NCBI GenBank assembly: GCA_009930445.1
Contig: RZYD01000002.1
Span: 1 to 41,249, forward strand
DNA: 41,249 bases
Reading direction: 5' to 3'
From: Bacteroidia bacterium
GTDB lineage: Bacteria; Bacteroidota; Bacteroidia; Bacteroidales; BM520
In this document: piece after piece, positions 8,560-17,900 of the stretch
Numbering within the stretch: the stretch's first letter is position 1
Layout of the letters: each line of letters opens with the position of its first letter
The notes under the pieces: generated by a model
What the model saw: only the letters and a program-made list of their open reading frames with translations
What the model was told of the DNA's origin: nothing
Database searches by the model: none
Program-made: the position numbers and the translations under genes

Positions 8560-10143
8560 TTACTTATTAGATTTCAGGAAATAGGATACACCAACATTAA
8601 TCATAAAAGCGTTGGTATGCAAAAAATTACAATTCCGAAAAATATTATTTACCCGGCCATCCCCTTCCGACAATATGAACATCGAATCAGCAGATTTATC
8701 CACCAGATTGACAAAACCATAGCGGTACATCAACTCAACATTCGCTGACATTCGCTGTGACAGCCAGAACATGGTACCGGCATTGACCAGTGCAGAAAGG
8801 TTAAAAGAACGGAATCCGGGATCTTCCTCGGAATATTGCAGCGTATTGAACGTAGTAAATCCGTAATATGGCACATTTTCGTAGGTAACTTGCTGGGTTC
8901 CCTGAGGAAAATCGTAAGAAAAAGTTCCGGTATAAGTTAATGAACCTTTTCCTGCCGGGGAGAGGCTGGGAGAGAACAGGTACGAAAAAGCCATTCCTGC
9001 GTCGATATAAAAATTGAGATAATTTTTGCTTTTATACTTTAGTTTGAAAGAAACAGGAATATCGATATAATTCAACGAAAGATCCTGGCTTATTTCGGTA
9101 GCAGAGAGATTCATGATGTATTCTTTTTCGAGTGCTTCGGAGTAGCTGGGAAAGCTTTGCGAAAAAGAAGCAATAGAAACCGAAGCGTTGTAACGCGAAA
9201 ATCCAATTCCGACAGAATAGCCATAAGTCAATTTTCTGGGGCCATCGTTAAAAAAATAATCAAATGACATATCAGCATTAAAGCCCGGCCGGAAATCGCT
9301 TAATGATTCAAAACTGGTATTACTTTCAAATTTCGCCAGGGCCTGCGAGTATCCCATCCCACCCATCAACGAAATGTACATTTTGTTTCGGGAGGCAATC
9401 ACCGGACGGATAATAGTGCGTAAATCCGGCAAATCATTGTTAAAAGGATCAAAGCGATAAATTTTATAAATTTTTACAGATGAAAAATTATCCCCATCGC
9501 GGGTAATAATAAAAGTTGCCATGGCGGCATCGGGCTGAAGAGTTTGCCAGTCGCTGGCATATTCTTCCACAAAAAAGATAGCCTCCTCTTCCGTTTCTTT
9601 ACCGGCCTTTTCTTCCTTTTTTGTCCTATACTTCTCCATATGCGGGGCAAACAGATCGCCGTACATATCCACATCAAAGAAAAGGTTCACAGCGATAATT
9701 TCAGGATCGATATAATAATCAAGCGTATCGATGGTAATATCAGTAAAATCAAAAATTACCCCCAGTTCACAACTATCGGGATTGCAATACCAGGAAATAA
9801 GGGTATCGGTAAAAGCCTGAATATTAATCATTTCCGGCAGATCACGTAATAAGGTATCCTTTGTATCAATGAAGCTTCGGTGAATATTCCGGTCAGTGGC
9901 ATCGTCCGGATTATAAAAATGACTGGCAGCCTGTGAAGCAAACTCCGTCTTTAACCGGGGGGTTCCATCATTATCTTCGCGATAAATATGGTTAAGATCT
10001 TCCTTGAAATTGATTAACACTTGCCGGGTAGCCGCTTTTGCGCGCCGCTGTGTCTTAGGGGTCATTTTTTGGGCGTAAAGCGATTGTGACAAACCCGTCA
10101 GAAGAAGAATAAAGAAAAAAGCCAGTAAATATTTTGATCGCAT
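8560..10143 (-). CDS. Outer-membrane beta-barrel protein (PorT/OMP_b-brl_2-like C-terminal barrel) with an N-terminal domain of about 250 aa
   Basis: The ORF is 527 aa with the signal peptide 'MRSKYLLAFFFILLLTGLSQSLYAQ'. The C-terminal half has barrel-like strands: 'YGYSVGIGFSRY', 'IDIPVSFKLKYK', 'FYIDAGMAFSYLF', 'ANVELMYRYGF' and the terminal 'FMINVGVSYFL'. Confidence 0.65.
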   Translation of the reverse strand: MRSKYLLAFFFILLLTGLSQSLYAQKMTPKTQRRAKAATRQVLINFKEDLNHIYREDNDGTPRLKTEFASQAASHFYNPDDATDRNIHRSFIDTKDTLLRDLPEMINIQAFTDTLISWYCNPDSCELGVIFDFTDITIDTLDYYIDPEIIAVNLFFDVDMYGDLFAPHMEKYRTKKEEKAGKETEEEAIFFVEEYASDWQTLQPDAAMATFIITRDGDNFSSVKIYKIYRFDPFNNDLPDLRTIIRPVIASRNKMYISLMGGMGYSQALAKFESNTSFESLSDFRPGFNADMSFDYFFNDGPRKLTYGYSVGIGFSRYNASVSIASFSQSFPSYSEALEKEYIMNLSATEISQDLSLNYIDIPVSFKLKYKSKNYLNFYIDAGMAFSYLFSPSLSPAGKGSLTYTGTFSYDFPQGTQQVTYENVPYYGFTTFNTLQYSEEDPGFRSFNLSALVNAGTMFWLSQRMSANVELMYRYGFVNLVDKSADSMFILSEGDGRVNNIFRNCNFLHTNAFMINVGVSYFLKSNK

Positions 10144-10149
10144 ATCCAG

Positions 10150-11895
10150 TTATTTTGAGATAATCACTTTTTGATTCCGATACAACGCATTTCCTGAGAG
10201 CCTCAGGTAATAAACCCCACTGTCCAGCCCGGTCAAATCAAGTGGGTAACTTTCTCCCGCCACAGCCGTGGAGAGCATTATGACAAGTTTAGTCCGGTTG
10301 TCAGATGAACGAACCAACAGTTGCAGGGTGGTCTCGTCCGTTGGGGGAATGTCAATCCAGAAGTGTCCGGATGAAGGATTTGGATAAACAGTAAATTCAC
10401 CGGATTCGTTCCATGCCTGATGTTTGGCTTTTTGCTCTGGTTTACTGAAGCGTGAATGGGTGACACAACCTAATGTATCATAGGCAGTAAGCACATAAAA
10501 ACTATCGGCATTGGAAGGGGTAAAATTTAAGGCATAATAATTTTTGGTAGTTTTGGCTAAAAACTCTCCAGCAGCTGCATTATACCAATAATAATAGGAA
10601 ACACTGGTATCAGAGCAAAGGAGCATCCGGTCATTGAGAATCACATCCGCACTATCACGGGGCGCTTTTCGAACGCCAATATCGACAATCCTGTGCTGTG
10701 TAACGGTGCAACCATCCGCATTTTTGGCTGTAACGGCCACACTTCCATGCCCTTCACCGGCCCAGTCAACAAAGAGCGAACCATCCGACAGCACGGCTGT
10801 TCCGAGTATCACGGAAGTATCCGGATGCCAGGTTAACTGCAGGCCCGGATCCCCCTGAACGCTATAAACTGCACCATGCTCAAAGCCACAAACCTGAAAG
10901 GGTCCAACAACATTAAAAACAGGTAATTCAAGCAAATCAACCCGCACAGAACGGGAAAAATCCACGCCCAAAAGCCTGAATTCATAGGTCACCAAAGTTG
11001 AGGCCCCCACAGCTAACGAAGGATTAAAACAATTCGTTCCTTCCACGATACATTCGCCACTAAAGCGCCCACCGGAAGGAATACCGGAAAGGGGTATTAA
11101 TGTATCGTATTTACAAAACGTCGCCTGAGGAAACTGAAAATCAAAAACAAAAAAGGAAACAGCAACCACCGGAGAAAAATCGTTTCCTTCGCCAACTGCG
11201 CGGAAATAGATGGTATTATGGCCATAAATAAAATCATCGGTAAGCGAATAATAATCAAATAAATTACACGAAAACTCCACGAAATTTTCGGAAGTAACGG
11301 TTATGGCATTGAAATCAGCAAAATCCTCAGTCAGAGAAAAATGTAATCCCTTTATTCTTTTATCCCCAATTAAATCTTTTTGGTCGCTAAAGAAATCAGG
11401 AGCCCAGGAAACAAGCTGAAAAATTAAAGGCAAATTCTGATCGATTACCAGCGGGGATTCCGGATCATAGGCAGTGCCCTGAACAAATTGCACTTCAAGC
11501 CGTGGGCGGGAGTAATAATACGCAGCCGTACTGTAAACATAAGTTCCGGTTTCAATTTCTTTAATCCGCAATACCAAACGATTGGTGTCTGATTCAGCCA
11601 TAAAAACAGGGTATGTAGCATTGATCTGATATTCCTCGTATGCCTCAATCCACTGACAATCAACCGAATACCACACACCTCCATTCATCTGAAGTGCAGC
11701 ATCCTGCTCATCAAAAACCCCATCAGGCAGATCAGTGCCAATCTTAATAAATACATCCAATGGATTATTGATGGGCAAAGGATCGCCATAGACAGTGCCT
11801 GCTATCGGGTTCCATTGAAAAACGTATTGTGCATTCACCCATCCAAAGCTGGTACAAAAAACACATACCATAAAGATTAGAAACTGTTTTCTCAT
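10150..11895 (-). CDS. T9SS-secreted Ig/PKD-like surface protein
   Basis: The ORF is 581 aa with the signal peptide '...FGWVNAQ'. It contains Cys-framed Ig-like modules, for example 'FQVCGFEHGAVYSVQGD...VAVTAKNADGCTV'. The C-terminal type-A T9SS sorting domain reads 'FTVYPNPSSGHFWIDI...GVYYLRLSGN...KVIISK' (about nt 10153-10400). Confidence 0.75.
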   Translation of the reverse strand: MRKQFLIFMVCVFCTSFGWVNAQYVFQWNPIAGTVYGDPLPINNPLDVFIKIGTDLPDGVFDEQDAALQMNGGVWYSVDCQWIEAYEEYQINATYPVFMAESDTNRLVLRIKEIETGTYVYSTAAYYYSRPRLEVQFVQGTAYDPESPLVIDQNLPLIFQLVSWAPDFFSDQKDLIGDKRIKGLHFSLTEDFADFNAITVTSENFVEFSCNLFDYYSLTDDFIYGHNTIYFRAVGEGNDFSPVVAVSFFVFDFQFPQATFCKYDTLIPLSGIPSGGRFSGECIVEGTNCFNPSLAVGASTLVTYEFRLLGVDFSRSVRVDLLELPVFNVVGPFQVCGFEHGAVYSVQGDPGLQLTWHPDTSVILGTAVLSDGSLFVDWAGEGHGSVAVTAKNADGCTVTQHRIVDIGVRKAPRDSADVILNDRMLLCSDTSVSYYYWYNAAAGEFLAKTTKNYYALNFTPSNADSFYVLTAYDTLGCVTHSRFSKPEQKAKHQAWNESGEFTVYPNPSSGHFWIDIPPTDETTLQLLVRSSDNRTKLVIMLSTAVAGESYPLDLTGLDSGVYYLRLSGNALYRNQKVIISK

Positions 11896-11905
11896 TTTAT
11901 CCGAA

Positions 11906-14900
11906 TTATTCCTTAATAATCAGTTGCGCTGTTTTCCCATTTTCACTTATTACCACCACCATATAACCTCCCGATGGCCATCCGGATAAAAATACCCGGG
12001 TTTTTCCATTGGGACTCAGGGGGGTGGATACTAAGCATTCGCCGGTAAAATTGTAAACTTTAAGTACACCGGAAGTAATTTGTTGATGCGCAATGGTCAA
12101 CAAATCATTCGCCGGATTTGGAAATATATTAACTTTCAGTTCATAAGCAGTATTTCCCGTTCTCACTGTATTTACCGCATAGGAGAAAGGTTCCGGCGAC
12201 CATCCGCATTTAGTAATCAGATTATCTGATAATTGCAGGGTATAAACCCTGTCATACGTAATCCGGGAAGTATCCGGGAATAGTTCAAAAAACCATACAC
12301 CGTCCTGCAAACGAAGGAATACAGAATCCATAGGAACCAACGTTTCTTCCTCCCGAAGTTCAAAAAGATTCAAGTGGCTGAGATCCTCATGCTGTGGAAG
12401 AATTTCATAAGTGCCATTATGGTGATAGCCCGGTTCCTGATTCAGGCTTAGAGCTATAGAAATAAACTGGTTATAAACAACAGAACTGCCATTTTCCGGG
12501 GTCACTGCCGTAACCTCAAGCGGAAGAAAGCCTTCAGGGATAAAATGAATCTTCAACGTATCACTGCACTTCAGGCCACATTGGTCTTCGCCCGAATAAA
12601 ACAGTAATGCATTCAGTTGATCCGACATATAAAACGCTTTATCAATTGTAAAGGTAACCCAACATTCATCTTCATCCAGCGGATTCAGATCAATCCCGCT
12701 TATTCCCTCCGAAGCGGTAAAAAACCATTGGTACTGGTATGAACTTATATCCGGAATTTTTAATCCATTAAGCGTGCCTTTTATAGTAATATTTTCAAGA
12801 CAATCGTTGGCATACGAAATAACAACATCTGCGTCCTTCGCTGGGTCAGAAATTCCATGTCCGTCAGGTTGATAGGCAACAGAGAGCCCGTCGTGAACAA
12901 TTTCAAGGTTGTAAATCCAGGCGCGCCCGACCATAATCGCCTCGTCGCCACTTTGAGAGGCCACTGCAAGGAGCTGTGTATTCCGTTCAACCGCATATTC
13001 CAACGATAATGAATTCTCTTCAGTGGTATACTTCATCCCGTCGATATACCACGCAAAATGATCAAATTCTGTGGCCTGAGAATGATAAAAAGAAATATGG
13101 TACTGATTACAATCCGTTCTGACAACCACGAGCGAATCATTGTATGTCCATGATTCAGGCTTAATCAGGCAAGTGCTGCAGAAGCTGTTGTGAGGCCCAC
13201 CTGTATGGCCTGCATCATTTACCAAAGTTCCCTGGCCGGGAGGAAATGCATAGTCGTCATAAGCGAGGGTAGAATCTCCCTGATCAATAAAAAAGGATTC
13301 AGGGAGCAACTTATAAGTACCATTCTCCAATAAATAAGGAAAAGGCGTTAAGACTGCTTCATGCGCCCCTTCAAAGAGCCGTCCTTCGAGGCGGCAAAAC
13401 CGGGTAATCACAGAAGAGGTATTAAACAATGAATCATTTTGCAATAAATTACCCTGAAAAATAGAATTATACACCAGCACGCTGTCCTCCTCACGCTTAT
13501 TGTAAATTGCATGAGCGGCATAAGGCCAATTGTTTAGAAAGGTACAATTCCCCATTTCCAGGCGTAACCGGTTGGCAGTTGTCGTTCCGGAAGCATCCAG
13601 AAAAACCGTAGCATTATCGGCCAGCCTCTGGTCATCATCTTCATTCCGGTCAAAAACAGAATTATAGATGGCTGCATTATTGACCAGAGGAGACAAATAT
13701 ACGGAAGAACCTCTGACTCCTGAGGAGCTGCTTATTCCGAAGTTACGGATAAAAATATTACGAAAAAGGCAGGTATTATTATGCCCGGAGAATAATCCAC
13801 CACCCCGGTATCCCATGGAATTCCGGATAAAATGATTATCGGAAAGGATCAAAGAATCAATGTCAGAGAAATAGCTGTCAGCAAAAACAGCACCTCCGTT
13901 AATAGCAGCGTTCAGGATAAACTGATTCCCCGAAATCATCGATTTTATATCGTCGATAATACAAACACCCCCTCCGATAGAAGCGCGGTTAAAGCGGATC
14001 TCATTATTTTGGAGGGATACATTTTCACAGCTATTAAAATAAAGCCCACCCCCACGGGATGATGCGCCGGGGAGGAAATTTTCAGCATAATTATCAAAAA
14101 ATCGTGTAGCAAAAACATGGGCATGCAGTACATCCGACACAAACAGTGCACCGCCACCAAAATCAGCATCTATCGTATTCTCCACGGCATTCTGGAAAAA
14201 ACGTGTGTGTCCGATGGCCACTTCAAGGAAGCCTGAACTACTGACAGCTCCTCCGGTAAGGCCTGCCCTGTTATTTTCAAAAACAACTTCATCCAACGCC
14301 AACAACCCTAACCCACCTGAATTAACAACATACAGCGCACCTCCATTGAATCCTGCATTACAGGAATTGAACGAAGAATTTTGCATAGTGACGATGCCAG
14401 CCTCAGTGGTAAAAAATGCACCTCCATTACCCGTGACAGAAAGCCTGTTGAACTGGCAATTGTTCACGTTAATTTCGAAAACATGGTCAGTATAAACTGC
14501 ACCTCCCAACGCCGAAAAATTATCGGAAGCATCAAATGTATTCCGTAACATATAGGTTTCAGAATTCAATCCTTCGGAAGCGTTGATATATAAACTACCG
14601 CCATGACCCTCCAGTTCCGGGTTAAGAAAGCCTGCGTAACATCCATAAAAAGAATTATCAACAAAATCGATTCTTCCCGGATTGCCTTCCAGTGAAATTG
14701 CGCCACCATTTCCCTGGGTGACTACCACATTTTCAAACGAACAATCATGTACAAAAAATTCCTCAAAAGCGCCTCCGGAGAAAGAAAATGCCCCCCCCCT
14801 ATTACTGGCGCGACAATCAGAAAAAATATTTTGGGTTGATACGATAGAAGCTGTCCTGCCAGTAACAGGAACCGTGATGGACAAAGCCCCACCCCGGGAT

Positions 14901-17900
14901 TGCACAGAAAGGGATGAAAAATCATTCCCGTCTAAAATCATTTCTGTAAGATTTCCGGACAGGAATGCGCCAAAGGCACCTCCATTGGATCCTGAAAACC
15001 CTTGAGAGAATCCAAGGAAACGGTTGTTTTGAATGGCAATATAATGTACATCGCCTTCGGTGGTTACTAAATTTAAAGCACCTCCGTTACCATTTCCGGC
15101 ACGACATTCCAAAAATCCATACCCATCCTTTTGATCCTGCACAAGGAGAGAATCAAGTGAAGCTGCAATAATGCTGACTGCGCCGCCATGATCCGCTACA
15201 CAGGAGGAAAACAGGTTAGACGTAACTCTGACGCCATGGGTAATATCACCCGAAATCAAAGAAAAAGCCCCGCCGGCACTTGAATCGCCGGAAGAGAAAC
15301 AATCAGTAAAGCTATTACGGGAAACAATAGCCCCCTGCTGTAAAGATGCATCCGGAAGGTCGATACAAATACCACCACCATGCATCACAGAGGAAACCTC
15401 CGTAAACTCATTATCCTCAATACGGATCGAACCATTTACCGGCAGACCAGCATGCAAATACACACCTCCTCCGTTGGCACCTGAAAAACAATCTGTCAGT
15501 TGCGCACCTGCTAATGTGAAGCCTTCGAAGGCATGATCGAAACTAAAATGCAGTGCACCACCGGAACCTGTAACCGACCTACAATTTTGAAACATGGGCA
15601 ACCCAGTGCTTCCAGATAGCTCAATTTGTTTTAAAGTCTTGGTTTTCAACGACATAGCACCCCCGTCACCCTTTGCATTGCAGTTTTGAAACTGGGTCAT
15701 AACCATGGAAAAATCGCCGTCAACAACGCCTGCCTGGAGATAGATGGCTCCCCCTTCTCCTTCGCAGGCTTCGGTAGCTGAAAACTGATTATTATTCAAG
15801 TTTATTCCCCCCATCAAATTGCCGTTGTGTAACTCAATCATTAATGCACCGCCATGTTGCTGAGCCTTGGTTCCATGAAACCTATTATTCGTTATATGCA
15901 ATGACGACAAAAGGCCTCCTGGTGCCTCCAGAAATAAACCACCACCATGCTCTCCGGCAGAAACTGGAGCCGTTTCATTTCCCAGAAAAGTATTTGAATC
16001 AAGGATCAGACTGGATAATGGCCCTGATTGCGCGACTCCATAAACAGCTCCTCCTGAACCATCAACAGAACGACAATTATCAAATGTATTACGGGTGAAC
16101 CCAATAGATTGCAATCCCTGACCTTCGCTACAAACCAGATAAACTGCGCCACCATCAGAGGTGGCTGTCAAATTCTTAAAAATATTGGTATCAGCAACAA
16201 AATCACCGTGAATAGCAGTAACACCGGAGAAAGACAACGCACCACCGTTTCCCCCGGAATTATGCAGATTTACTCCTCCGTCGAACGTATTTCCACGCAC
16301 GATGATATCCCCGTTGATCACCCCGTTTAACGACACTGCCATTGCACCTCCTTCGCTGTTCCGGGCCGAGCAATTCAAAAATCCCGGGGCATTGTCGGTA
16401 ATCTGGACGGTGGTCATACGTTGAGCGGACAAATATACTGCACCCCCTGATGCGCCAGCACTGCAAGTATTAAAATAATCATTTTTAAAAATAATCGGAT
16501 GAAAAAATTCCGCTGCCTTCAGCGTCACTGCACCTCCCGATGCTGCATCGTTCATTGCTTTGCAAAATTCAAAGCTACAACTGCTTACCAACAAACTATC
16601 CAAAACATTATGCGCATGAAAATCCATATAAATAGTGCCACCATCCATTTCCGCCGACCAGTTCCTGCAATTCAGCCCGGAAAGTTCCAGGGGAAAAGTC
16701 AAATTCCCATTGGAGGAGATATAAAATAATCCTCCGGATTCCTGCGCGTTAAGCATATCATTTCCACCATCGGCAAGGATATCCCGGAATTGTATTCGCG
16801 CTAATCCTTCCTGCCAGGAGGAGAGATAAATACCTCCGCCGGAGCCTTGCAGCGCTGCACACCGCTGAAAACCAGCTTCTCCATCTCCGTTTACCAACAG
16901 GGAGTGGATGTACCCGGCAGAAAGAAACACCGCCCCTCCATCGTTAGTAGCAGAACAATCAGAAAAAGTCGTGTTCAGTAGAGTCACGGTATCGGAAATC
17001 GCTGTACTTTGAAAGAACAGGGCTCCTCCAGAACCATTCGTGATGCTGCGGCAATGCGAAAAACCATTATTTTTTATGCGTATACCCCTATGCAAAGAAC
17101 CTTCCTGATTATTCACATAGAGAAAACCGCCATTTAATGCAGAATTGAGATGATCACAAGTATTGTCATCCACTACAAAAAGCTCCGAAAAATCGTCACC
17201 CGTTTCAAGAAAAACACCTCCACCATTCCCCCCTGAATGACAGTAAGAAAAGCTATTGGATTTAATCTCTACCTTACCAATAGCCTGCGGTACCTGAAGA
17301 TAAATTGCTCCACCGTCGGATGCAGAAGACAGGTAACTAAAAGTATTGTTTTCCATCAGGAATTCTCCAGCAGAATGACAAATCAGGGTAAAGGCACCTC
17401 CGTATTGAGGTTGTGGACCAACGGATTCTTCGGTATTCTGCCAGTAATTATTAACCAAACGAATTGAACCTGCATCACCCACAGAGTGAATGGCGATGAA
17501 CCCCCCGTGATTATGGGCAGTAAAATCAGAAAGGGTATTATCATGAAAATTAAAAATGGCAGGGCCTTCCTGCACATCTAAAAACAAAAAACCACCCGAT
17601 TGCGCTTCATTTTGCTGAGTGTTAGTGGTTGAAAAACCATGAAATTCCAGCGTGCCAATGGCTCCAGAAGAGATCAGGGAAAGAAATCCACCATCACCGT
17701 AGTGGCTTGAAGCCAGGCCCAGTGTATCGTTTTCGAACCGGAGAGAAGAAAGCGGTGTACCTTCTCCTGAAATCTGTATATGTGCCATCCCTCCATTTCC
17801 CGGAGCATAACAGGAATCAAATGTACACCCGGAAAACAGGATGGAATCAGGGCTGTTTAAAGTGTAGAGTGCAAGAAATCCGCCAGTATGGTCCTCCGGA

